64,000 bases of DNA, from assembly GCA_000165345.1 (NCBI GenBank), contig CM000435.1, forward strand, positions 832,001 through 896,000. The letters run 5' to 3'. Under the pieces are notes generated by a model that had not been told where the DNA came from, did not search any database, and saw nothing but the letters and a program-made list of their open reading frames with translations. The translations under genes and the position numbers were made by a program. Below, piece by piece: positions 29,401-38,517 of the stretch. How positions within the stretch are numbered: position 1 is the stretch's first letter; every line of letters starts with the position of its first letter.

Positions 29401-31622
29401 ACTCTTTCCCTATGTTTAATGAGATGTCTAAGCGTAGCCGTGTTGAATTGGCATCAGATACCATTAATTTTCTGGAAATTGAAAAGATATTTTTAACTGT
29501 ATTCGAAAGTATTGTAAAGCCCAGAGATAAAGGTAAAAAATTGGAGCTTTTTAATGAAAATATTATGGCAGAGTTTATTCTTGAAATTTTGATAGAAAAA
29601 AATGTTAATGTTCCTTCAGAAGTAAATTCCCTCCCTCCATTCCCAGTTTCTCATAAATATCCTTGGTCGCCTTTTTTCAATAGAGGACTAAACCAATGGT
29701 GTGTAAATATGATCAACTCTCTTGTTGATCAGAGGTTATTAAGCAGCGCTAATGACAATAAAGTTTTTGATAGAACTAATATCGGGCCAATAATTAAGTC
29801 AGCATGTACGGAAGACATATTTCTAAAAATCCGAAACAATATAGAGTATGAGGCAGATGAAATTTTAAGGAGAAACTTTGCTTATCATCTCGCGACTTCT
29901 TTTGTATATTGGCATTATTATATTTCTTTGCCAAAGTGGGTATTTTATGAAAATTGGGAAGGCATATATTCGTCAAATGCAGTAATTACACTTTCTGAAG
30001 AACCAGAAATTAGCCTAGTTACTTTTATTTTATTTAAATGCATTGCGGATCTAGAATATTTGGGAAATACTTTAAATGGAAGGGAAATGGCAATCATTAA
30101 AAAAGAACTTTTAGATTCGAGCAATGATTCAACAAGAAATAAGGCAAATAAAGCTAAGCTTAGCCTGTGGAGCAACACTTCAGCTAAGTCCGTTGATGGG
30201 GGAAGAGTTAGTTTGGCATACTTCCTTTTCCCTAACGTAATTAGTAGAGATATTCTTGCGAAAGTTACTCCAGAAGATGTTCTTGCTTTCACAGGACCTC
30301 ATGATATATTTTGGGTTGGAGCGGATGAAAAAGAATTTCTTCCAATGTGTTTGAATTCGATTGAAAAATTAAACGAGTATTTAAATTTTAAAAATTTAAA
30401 TTCTAAGGAAGAAATAAATATTTGGATATCTAATGATACGAATTCAAGAGAATTATTCTGCAGAGATATTGCTGGTAGGTTCTTTTATCCAAGATTGTTT
30501 ACGAACAGTGATTCTGATTTATCAAATGAAGTGAACCCTAAACAGATATTTTCAATAGAAAAGCTTAAGCTAAAAAGATCTCAATGGTTAGCGATTCAAG
30601 AAGCGATAAGAAGAAAGACTGAAAAAGAGCAGAAAGAATCAGTGGCGCATAAGGGTGAAGGAGAAAATCAACTTATCAGCATGAATATTTATTCGAGTTT
30701 TGTTCTTGACTTTCAAGAGTCAGATGAATTAACTAATCCAGGATCCTTTATGAAGAATTGCATTGCTGCATTTGATACTGCAATGATGCTTCCAGAGGGA
30801 AGCCCTTATAAGTTGAAGATTTTGAACAAACCAAATGAAACAATCAGAGACATTTGTGATGAGTCCATGAAATTGTTCTATTCATCTGCAGTTCCAATGA
30901 GTTGGGACGAACAGCAATCTCAATTCAATCCAATTCCTTTAGATGACAAATATACAGTTTCTAGAATAGCTCTAGCTCAACATGAAGTCATATTAGAGCA
31001 AATCAACGAACAAAATGAATTAGGTGACTACTCAATTCGAAGTTCTGAGAGATTCAACAATTTATTTTCTTCGTTGATAGTAAACATTGGAGTTTCTGAT
31101 TCCATCTCTAAGTTTATGGATATATGCTCTGAATATATTTGGGAATGCATTAAGAGAAAGTTACTATTTCTTGGAAATGGTTACGATATTTCAAATAGTA
31201 ATGATCTCATTGAGAATATTTGTAAAAAGTCCTCATATAGATACTTTATTTCAAAAGTCCCAATTAAAACTGAGGAAATAGTATTGCAAGTAAAGTCTGG
31301 AAAAGAAATTTCAGAATGGCAACGCATAAGGTACAAAACAGAGCAGTGGAAAATGCTGCAGAGAGTATTTGACTCATTCGCAAACAGGTTTCCTGGGGGG
31401 TATGAGGCAGTTATTTCTAAAACATTCAGGCTCCCGAAATACATGCAGTTAGCGAACTTCAATACTAGTGAAGATATTTTTACCATTGGAGAAGATTGCA
31501 AGAAGGCAATGAGTTATTTAATTAATCTTCATTCTTGCGCTTCTAACTTCGTTGTAATTTTTGGGAAAGTAACCGAATTTTGTGATAATGTAACGCAAGC
31601 ATTCAAACAAAGTAATTCATAG
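26475..31622 (+). CDS. Large secreted protein, array member 2 (1715 aa); no recognisable domain
   Basis: N-terminus MVYIKKEREKRSLNRCLLLIILLIILEILCANGEG (n-region plus hydrophobic core). Intronless. Contains NEYYRLKSLKKLPKIYSGKNEKLMLRSF, related to the motif in members 1, 3, 6 and 7. Confidence 0.75.
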   Translation: MVYIKKEREKRSLNRCLLLIILLIILEILCANGEGRISFEEYPSGLDKNKQDEHLVNELIDTTSDLKFKQILIEKTCGEKGTNYTKDGLKFIKKNLEEFSSNEYYRLKSLKKLPKIYSGKNEKLMLRSFRGGEILGSPLRLRSRVLKDEFSIPVIEDDFAIFSDELDSSINIIYPRVMNEIRYTVLLCGGGLVTMLPIVRYMKLLNSYGEYMSNDRIILQGIGIYEREKAESRRRSANIEAKYLSTLPYSDEIYTGQSIKRGGIIVGISDSIKEEQDLMKSILSKQNLDDGYQGAVLGLNIRAKEELFEKNRENAMSDAQGHFVYSSVFDFDSPNALFTMFNENLSHFENNNLEFMASNSRNKIPHQITRAESIKNTTINRIKSNLMGLDNNSNEYSSEGSIETGAIEFDKKKGEAVLPYDDPLNPESIIIGKRIRPNDQISTGSTEYQARLIPESKLAASELEPIKGFPTNDKVDKVIVEIISELENQNYLNNLTNLKTSKAYTEAYRRFPAYVSQKKIIPVHDQAYIFWESLRLSNSIMNKRHGVNVSNFPEKANIPSDNILPNKIPVTNKEITRNCYRLIRYFQKSGIPFIFRAASKIQGSKNYNVNFVDPTKSEYNQEYKLYAKILCNQLLPEIFVYTFHNVFELLISKREQKYFNELDEKRLELEVQQKEADALKKIRESVISRAHITPYIVEKPFERYFNAWRRSFGYNGFIVYPRIKTSVLEKMYNIAKFGPQIIEKKKKNATPDEVRSSISKALIRIIDEYFANLNTLDLFLNRVQVEEFINGTFSNLFSIAISELIKKMPIAPEMDIKSHGNSFQIKELFVSCTDYIKAILNFNKNINKISDNLGLEDNLSKSGYKNSNLKSTTDFSLGIKLLESGYESACMFASNLLKPNIIEYSLAMGSNGVITKLAERIKSSFIHQSLTDGSSKIPLELGLKMFENSYIDVYKRVCEQHGILYFIPANEKQYFDSFPMFNEMSKRSRVELASDTINFLEIEKIFLTVFESIVKPRDKGKKLELFNENIMAEFILEILIEKNVNVPSEVNSLPPFPVSHKYPWSPFFNRGLNQWCVNMINSLVDQRLLSSANDNKVFDRTNIGPIIKSACTEDIFLKIRNNIEYEADEILRRNFAYHLATSFVYWHYYISLPKWVFYENWEGIYSSNAVITLSEEPEISLVTFILFKCIADLEYLGNTLNGREMAIIKKELLDSSNDSTRNKANKAKLSLWSNTSAKSVDGGRVSLAYFLFPNVISRDILAKVTPEDVLAFTGPHDIFWVGADEKEFLPMCLNSIEKLNEYLNFKNLNSKEEINIWISNDTNSRELFCRDIAGRFFYPRLFTNSDSDLSNEVNPKQIFSIEKLKLKRSQWLAIQEAIRRKTEKEQKESVAHKGEGENQLISMNIYSSFVLDFQESDELTNPGSFMKNCIAAFDTAMMLPEGSPYKLKILNKPNETIRDICDESMKLFYSSAVPMSWDEQQSQFNPIPLDDKYTVSRIALAQHEVILEQINEQNELGDYSIRSSERFNNLFSSLIVNIGVSDSISKFMDICSEYIWECIKRKLLFLGNGYDISNSNDLIENICKKSSYRYFISKVPIKTEEIVLQVKSGKEISEWQRIRYKTEQWKMLQRVFDSFANRFPGGYEAVISKTFRLPKYMQLANFNTSEDIFTIGEDCKKAMSYLINLHSCASNFVVIFGKVTEFCDNVTQAFKQSNS

Positions 31623-31847
31623 AGATTTATGTTATAGTGACTGTTGTTCCTTATAAATAACGAAACTTAACACTTCTTATAGATTAATTTGATTAATAAG
31701 TTTATATTTTATCGAAATAAATTCAATATTTCTTTGAATTTTTTAATAGCCGCTTAATAAATATTATTAGATCATAATTAAATTCATGTGAAGTTTATAT
31801 GACGACTGCAGAGGTAGCAATAAAAAAGTCAAAAATTTAATCAAAAA

Positions 31848-34800
31848 ATGAAACTAGATGAATTATTTCACATATCATTACTTATTCTTTATTTTTTAAT
31901 TTTCCTGGGAAATGTGAAATCTAGTCCAACTGTTACAAAGAAAGATGATATAGATAAAGAAGTCGCACCTGGACTACCTTTATTGAATAATGATGAAGTT
32001 TATAGCTGGAATACACTTAGGGATTATGTTGAATATTATGAAAGTAACATTGAAATCATTCGAGAAAAATACCCTTCTCTGGAGGATCATTTAATAAAAA
32101 GTCAATGGTTTTCTATAATAGATGTTTTGCGGTGTGAATATGAAATAGAACAGGACAAAACATTGTTTCCTCCTAGAATAAAGATTAAAAGCCTTCCAAA
32201 GATTATAAATGATGTAAAGTCTTTGTGGAAGGAAAAAAACTTTCTTTCAGTTTCCTTGGAAAAGTCGGAATTTATACAAAGATGTACTACAGCAGTTAGA
32301 AATTTAATTTTTCATAAAAGCATTCAAGTAGAAACTTATGATAAAAGCTTATTAAAAAGTATATGCAACGACTCTTCAATAATGTTTTTTAATCCTGCAA
32401 TGCTTTATGAAGAGTTGAAAACAAAAACAGATTATGACAAACAAAGAATTCCTATTTCAAGATTAACATGCATAGATAAACATAGGATTCGAATTGGGCA
32501 ATGGTCTGCAATTGTGCATTTACATGCTCTTGATTCAGAAGATGGAAGAGATCGAATTTTTAGTCAAAATGATTCAATGGAACAAGATTTCCTTCCATAT
32601 TCACCGCCTGATTCATTTCATACAGAAATTGAAGCTGAAAATTTTGAATTAGTATGTAAGGAAGCACTATCAGACTACTATTCTAGAGTTGAAGATAAGA
32701 ACGTCATTTTGGAAATTTTTTGCAAAGATGCTAAGGATATTTATTACAATAATCCACTTGAAATACATGGAAAATACGCCATTTATGGTACTTCAATTGA
32801 AAAGCTCAAGTTAAATGAGATTAAAAAGAAGGCAGGCAGAATCAACCCACCATCTTTAATGGCACTTAATCTAATGGAATACCGCTCTTTAAGAATTAGT
32901 GAGTGGGTAGTGATCGTTGATCAGCTTGAAATAGACAAGAAATCTAAACCTCGTTATGACCGTATAGTTGGAAATATTTCAATAGATCCAAGACCATATG
33001 GGTTTATTGCATCTTTAAATTCTAGAGAATTTGAAGAAGCATGTATAAATGCACTAATGAGTAGAGTTAAGCAACAGGAGGAGATAATGAAATTGATACA
33101 TAATTTTGAAATGAATCCAGAAAAAATGGAATTAGACGAAGTAATTGAATGGGAGCGTCAGTACTCCATCGAAGTCATTGAACCAGACACTTTTTGTAAG
33201 GATGCAGCGGGAGTTTATTTCGGTATTAGCCGTGATTCATTTACTGTAATGAGAGAGCTACCGTTAACCAATCCTCCACAATTTATTGACCCGGGGAGAG
33301 GATTGTTAAAAAGCGATTTACCTACAAAGGTTTTGGACTTAAATAATGAGAGATCAGCTCGTGGATCTGAGAGAATAAATGATATTGATTGGAGGGTTGA
33401 GGCATCTTGCTTTCTTTGGGAGAGTTTAATAAAATCAAGAGTTCATTCTAGAATTGAAGATGCAATAACAAATATTCAGTGGCAAGCAATAAAGCAGCAA
33501 GCAAATGGATTTGTCTTTCTAGATATTGGAATTGATGGATTTTATAACGGGATAGAGGACCCACCAAAAAGTATTTTTTCATTTTCAGATGATCCATTTG
33601 GAATGTACAGCCAATGCTTGCATGCATTTTCGGAATCAAATAGGAGGAAGACCAATATTAATTACTTTGATAAACTACCGAAATTTGACTATAAGTGGAC
33701 AATTTCTAAAAATATATCAGAGAAGTTACTTAATCGGGGAATAAATTCCGAAAACTTTGAAAGTTTCAAGGAGTATTCAAACCCAGTCAAACAGTCTTTA
33801 TGTATGGAGGCAGTAAAAGAATACTTTGAGAGTGCAAGTGACTGCCCAATTGTTAATGACGAAATAGAGTTAATAAAATTCAGTGTAAAGAATGCGTTTC
33901 CAAATAACCCCTTTCCAGACGCGAAAGATCCAATGATCGCAGATCCAGACGGAGAACTTGAGGCTAAAGAGCAGTGGAACTTCATTTATGAATATTCTTT
34001 ACAGTCTCGTAACCAAAAGCTGACGAATGACGATTTCAATGAAAATATTATAATTGTGAGTCAAAAAATGCCTCTTTCTTATTTAGAATTTAGAAATTTA
34101 GACTGGCGTACTAAACATGAATGCTATCAAGATATGGCGATTAACTGTATTCAGTCTTCATGGAAAATGGTGGAATCTAATTGGAAGAACCAAAATGTTC
34201 AAACAGACCTTGCATCTGCATTAGCCATATTTTGTGATAGTGTAGCCATTCTTTATTTTGAGAGAAAAAAACAATGGAGGCAATTGGTTAAACTTATGGA
34301 AACACCAAAATATTCTTCTGCTTTTTATTGGATAAGAAGGGGATTTTATTTACCCAGGTCTTACAATCTATTAAAAATATCAATCAATAATGGTAAAGAG
34401 CGTAAGATAAGCGAAGAAGAGTTGGCGATTTATAAACAGTCCCTGGCAAATAGCATCCTTGAGTTGGTAAAATATAGATATTTGGCTCCACTTACTGTTG
34501 ATATTGGAGAGTTATGTCATTCTCTTGCAGTTGATATGTCTGTTGCAACAACAAGAGGAATTTGGATAGGACTTGTACCAGTTGACTCTGAGGTAATTAT
34601 TGAAATGGAAAGGCTATCAAATAACAATATTAATTTAGAAAAAAAAGATGAAGCAGTTGGCTACTATCCAATAAAAAATCAATTCTCCCCTAGAAGAAGA
34701 GTTATTAAAAGTGAATCGGATTCTACGAGTCATAGATTTAAGAGGAATAAGAAAGAACAAATTGTTTCAATGTCGAGCTTAAAGTCACCAATTAAGACTA

Positions 34801-36113
34801 CAGTAATGCCGAATATTAGGTTGTTACAGTATAAAAAGATAGTAGAAAAAGATGAAGATGACCTACCGCTTGAATACCCTATTAAAAATACTCAAAAGGC
34901 AGATTGGAGAAAATATATTAATAGTGGAATTGGTGAAGCAGATCAAAACATTGATCAAAAGAGTATTCATGATTTTTATAAGACTGGTTTGGGAAAGCAA
35001 TGGGGATCGAGCGATAGATACAAATACGGTTATATTACGTATAACTCAAAAGCTCCTTATATAAATAAGAGAATTCCGTTTAATAGTCAAATGAGTGGTT
35101 TTGATTATGGCGATTCGTACATTCCTGAGAAAGAAAATGGAGTTAAACTTTTAACTAAAGTTTCAGATATTTATAGAAGATCTCCGGATTCATATATAGG
35201 AATTCGGAAGAATGATCAATCAACTTTTTTAAGAGCTCCATCATTATTATTGGGTAAGAAAATACCAAATTATCCATTGAATTTGGAAGAATTTGTTAAT
35301 GTTCCGGATATTCCAAGAGTTAAACCATTATCAAAGGAAGAAATTTTGGAAAGAGCAAAACACATTCATCTAGAGGATAGCGAAATTGACGAATCAATTA
35401 ATGTTGAAAATATTGTTGAATACTTAAATAGAGCTAGAAAAGATAATCTAAATGAAGCAATGGTTTTGGAAGATGAAAAAGAATCAAAAGGTGAAAAGTA
35501 CCCTGTAAAAGATTATTCACTTCCATCGGCAGAAATAATTCATAGTATTATTAAGTCTTCTGAATACTATAAAATCAAAGCAGATTGTATTCCTCATTTT
35601 GGCTATACAATAGGAAGAACATTAAGCGAAAGAGATTTAATGAGAGGGGCTAGATTTGTTTATAGGTGTCTTAGAATGGATGGCCACTTTGTCACTCCAC
35701 AGACTGCATATAGAATTTGGATTAGATCTCAATTTTTGCGCAGAGATACCCCAAAAGTTCCATTTTCTCCCTATAAGGAGGAAATGAAGAGGTTTATTAA
35801 GAAAAGAAGGGACGGTGATAACCAGATTTATTGCCCAGGAAAATTTCAAGATCAAGTTGACGAGATGGCTGATACAATAGCTACTGCAATATATATAAAT
35901 GGTGTCTTCCCTGCTGATAAAATGATACACATTTGTAAAATTGCAAAAGAATTTATATATAAAAAGATTGGCACCATTACTCAATGTGTTAGGGCATTTA
36001 GGGAGCATATTCCCAGACTAAATGGGGATTATATAATCAATCATAAGCTATTTCCAACTATTTGTACTCACATTGAGCAAGAGTCTGGAAAATACTTGTT
36101 TTCATCTAATTGA
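31848..36113 (+). CDS. Large secreted protein, array member 3 (1421 aa); no recognisable domain
   Basis: Signal peptide MKLDELFHISLLILYFLIFLGNVKSS. Contains VEYYESNIEIIREKYPSLEDHLIKSQWFSIIDVLRCEYEIEQ. Confidence 0.75.
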   Translation: MKLDELFHISLLILYFLIFLGNVKSSPTVTKKDDIDKEVAPGLPLLNNDEVYSWNTLRDYVEYYESNIEIIREKYPSLEDHLIKSQWFSIIDVLRCEYEIEQDKTLFPPRIKIKSLPKIINDVKSLWKEKNFLSVSLEKSEFIQRCTTAVRNLIFHKSIQVETYDKSLLKSICNDSSIMFFNPAMLYEELKTKTDYDKQRIPISRLTCIDKHRIRIGQWSAIVHLHALDSEDGRDRIFSQNDSMEQDFLPYSPPDSFHTEIEAENFELVCKEALSDYYSRVEDKNVILEIFCKDAKDIYYNNPLEIHGKYAIYGTSIEKLKLNEIKKKAGRINPPSLMALNLMEYRSLRISEWVVIVDQLEIDKKSKPRYDRIVGNISIDPRPYGFIASLNSREFEEACINALMSRVKQQEEIMKLIHNFEMNPEKMELDEVIEWERQYSIEVIEPDTFCKDAAGVYFGISRDSFTVMRELPLTNPPQFIDPGRGLLKSDLPTKVLDLNNERSARGSERINDIDWRVEASCFLWESLIKSRVHSRIEDAITNIQWQAIKQQANGFVFLDIGIDGFYNGIEDPPKSIFSFSDDPFGMYSQCLHAFSESNRRKTNINYFDKLPKFDYKWTISKNISEKLLNRGINSENFESFKEYSNPVKQSLCMEAVKEYFESASDCPIVNDEIELIKFSVKNAFPNNPFPDAKDPMIADPDGELEAKEQWNFIYEYSLQSRNQKLTNDDFNENIIIVSQKMPLSYLEFRNLDWRTKHECYQDMAINCIQSSWKMVESNWKNQNVQTDLASALAIFCDSVAILYFERKKQWRQLVKLMETPKYSSAFYWIRRGFYLPRSYNLLKISINNGKERKISEEELAIYKQSLANSILELVKYRYLAPLTVDIGELCHSLAVDMSVATTRGIWIGLVPVDSEVIIEMERLSNNNINLEKKDEAVGYYPIKNQFSPRRRVIKSESDSTSHRFKRNKKEQIVSMSSLKSPIKTTVMPNIRLLQYKKIVEKDEDDLPLEYPIKNTQKADWRKYINSGIGEADQNIDQKSIHDFYKTGLGKQWGSSDRYKYGYITYNSKAPYINKRIPFNSQMSGFDYGDSYIPEKENGVKLLTKVSDIYRRSPDSYIGIRKNDQSTFLRAPSLLLGKKIPNYPLNLEEFVNVPDIPRVKPLSKEEILERAKHIHLEDSEIDESINVENIVEYLNRARKDNLNEAMVLEDEKESKGEKYPVKDYSLPSAEIIHSIIKSSEYYKIKADCIPHFGYTIGRTLSERDLMRGARFVYRCLRMDGHFVTPQTAYRIWIRSQFLRRDTPKVPFSPYKEEMKRFIKKRRDGDNQIYCPGKFQDQVDEMADTIATAIYINGVFPADKMIHICKIAKEFIYKKIGTITQCVRAFREHIPRLNGDYIINHKLFPTICTHIEQESGKYLFSSN

Positions 36114-36430
36114 GTTAATTTTAGATTTTGCGCAGAGTTTTATATTATTAGATTAAATTAATTATTGTATTTTATTATCAAAACAATTAAAAATATATTA
36201 ATATTTTTGAAAAATATCCTAATTAAAATGGCTTAAATAAATCTATATTAAATTGTTTTAGCTACCATGATTTGTTCGACAAAGAAAAAAATTCGAATAA
36301 TGTCTTTAAAATGGCCAAAAATATTAACAATTAATTTATGCAGTTGGAACAATGCAGTGTAACGGCTGTATGATCAATAATGTAATAAATAATAAATCTG
36401 TTATCTTGGCAATAAAACATGCATAAGTGA

Positions 36431-36437
36431 TGGCGCC
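36431..36437. promoter_or_regulatory. E2F-like GC box TGGCGCC upstream of array member 4
   Basis: gtgaTGGCGCCtgat lies 127 bp upstream of the ATG at 36564. Confidence 0.3.
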
Positions 36438-36563
36438 TGATATTATAAAAGTAGAATTTTACAATTAATGTAAATGCAAGCTAATTGAAGGGTGTAAAAA
36501 CCTCTATAAATAGTTTAACTAGTCAGCAATTTATTAATTTTTATGTATTTATAAAAGTTAAAA

Positions 36564-38375
36564 ATGGAACTAGTTTTTTTGCTCACAACCCTTTTTATAT
36601 TCGTTCTTAAATTTGTTGCCATAGCAGCAAACCAGGACAAAAATTTAACAAAAAGTGTTGCTTCCAGCTTACCCCTGGTTGAAGTATCTAGAATTTCAAA
36701 AATTGCAACAAAATATGTTTCTGGTGCAAATATACCTGAAGTAGTTAATAAGCCTGGCTGGGGAGCTAAGATTTCTGTAATTAATAATTATAAGTCGGCA
36801 ATGTTCAGAAGAGAAATATGGTCACAAGTGATACAAACTTTAAATGAACCTGTTATTGGGTATAATGTTACAATTTCAAATCATTACATAAAAAACCCAC
36901 CTCCTGTCCAGGCTTTTATGAAGTCTGAACTACCAATAGAAATGAATAGTCAGTGCTTAAATGCATTCAATTATTTTTATGTCCATCCAAATTTAATAAC
37001 CTGCACCCCATCACCTTCCAAAGAGTTGTTAGAGATTCTTTTCAGGTATATTTGTATGAAGTCTGTAAAAAAAATCTTTTTATCTTGGACAGGTTTTATT
37101 TTCGTCCTTAGGGAAATAATTGAAAAAGCAATATTTTCAATTAAAAATAATAAAGTTCCTAAATCTGTTTTCAACAGTTTGATGAGCGAGTATTATCATA
37201 ATCCATATAAAGACTTTGTTCCAATTGGAAAAAGATTAGGGAAACACATAAAAATGGATATAGAAGGACAGAATATCTGGCAGTTCATAGTTTCCAGGAG
37301 TAAGCTCTTATATAATATTGATTCACCAACAAGGGCTGCTCGCCGTGGAGAATGGGCATTTGTAGTTATATCCGGTAATCATACTCCAGCAGAGTTTTTG
37401 TATATGAGAGAAATACGTTTTATGAATGTCGACTCTGTGCAATTAATCACTGCCATACTATTTACCATGATTATGTTCAAGGTAAAGAACCCTTCAAAAT
37501 TCAAGTCATTTGAAGTAGTTATTGAAGATCATAACAAAAAAATGAAGAAAAGTGTAAATTCCAACTTGCTGTTGGCATTTTCTGCTAGAATTGCAACATA
37601 TTATTCTTATATTATAAACGACTGGAATGATCAAATTGATAACTTAATGGAAATTGATTTGGAAGAAAAAGAAAAAAGGAGAAATCAAACATTTATTTGG
37701 CACTCAAAGCCTCTACTTTCTTTAGCTTTTGAGCCAGATATTACGGTACCTAATGAACTAGTTTCTAACTGCGTAAGGTATTGCGAAGACTTGGTTTCAA
37801 GAGGTATTGTTTCTGTTGTTGGCGTTGATAATGGGGCAGAATCTTCTTCATTTCTGCAAAAAAAACTAGAAAATATTTGTAAAAAATTACAAAACAAAAT
37901 CCTACCATACACCGAAATTTATGTTGAACCTGAGAAAAATGTACCTAAGTCTATATTAAAAAGTTCGGTCAAGCCTAGTAGTCTAAAAAAGAAAAAGTTG
38001 AGATTTGATAATAACGTGCAAGTTTCAATATACAATAAAGGCGAGCATATTAGCGAAAGGACTCCTATTGGTAACTTCACACTTGGTTCATCATTAAAAA
38101 CTTCTTTAATGAAGCCAGAAGGAAGTTCAACCGCAAGACCTGAAATCCCAATTGATAACATTGGATCTCAAACCTCTCAACGCGTTGAAAATACTAATGC
38201 AGCCTTTGACAATATTGATCTTCAACACCTTCAAAAAGAAGATCTATTTGAAAAAACGCCATATCCATTTGAAGATGATGAATCTTCCATTAATCAAAGC
38301 AATTCTGAAAATGTTAAGCCTGTAAACTCATTAAATATGGTTAATAATGAAAATAAGTCATCAAAGAAATCCTGA
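36564..38375 (+). CDS. Secreted protein, array member 4 (603 aa) with an S/N/K-rich low-complexity C-terminus
   Basis: Signal peptide MELVFLLTTLFIFVLKFVAIAANQ. No known domain. Confidence 0.7.
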   Translation: MELVFLLTTLFIFVLKFVAIAANQDKNLTKSVASSLPLVEVSRISKIATKYVSGANIPEVVNKPGWGAKISVINNYKSAMFRREIWSQVIQTLNEPVIGYNVTISNHYIKNPPPVQAFMKSELPIEMNSQCLNAFNYFYVHPNLITCTPSPSKELLEILFRYICMKSVKKIFLSWTGFIFVLREIIEKAIFSIKNNKVPKSVFNSLMSEYYHNPYKDFVPIGKRLGKHIKMDIEGQNIWQFIVSRSKLLYNIDSPTRAARRGEWAFVVISGNHTPAEFLYMREIRFMNVDSVQLITAILFTMIMFKVKNPSKFKSFEVVIEDHNKKMKKSVNSNLLLAFSARIATYYSYIINDWNDQIDNLMEIDLEEKEKRRNQTFIWHSKPLLSLAFEPDITVPNELVSNCVRYCEDLVSRGIVSVVGVDNGAESSSFLQKKLENICKKLQNKILPYTEIYVEPEKNVPKSILKSSVKPSSLKKKKLRFDNNVQVSIYNKGEHISERTPIGNFTLGSSLKTSLMKPEGSSTARPEIPIDNIGSQTSQRVENTNAAFDNIDLQHLQKEDLFEKTPYPFEDDESSINQSNSENVKPVNSLNMVNNENKSSKKS

Positions 38376-38517
38376 TGCGATTAATTATGTCATTCAAAGT
38401 TGAATGCCAAAATTTAATTTAGGTTGAGCATTTTTAATTTGTAGGAAAATTTTAGAGATTTTCTATTTATTTATAATATTTGAATTGTGAATCGCTTTTC
38501 GAATTAGCATTTAAATA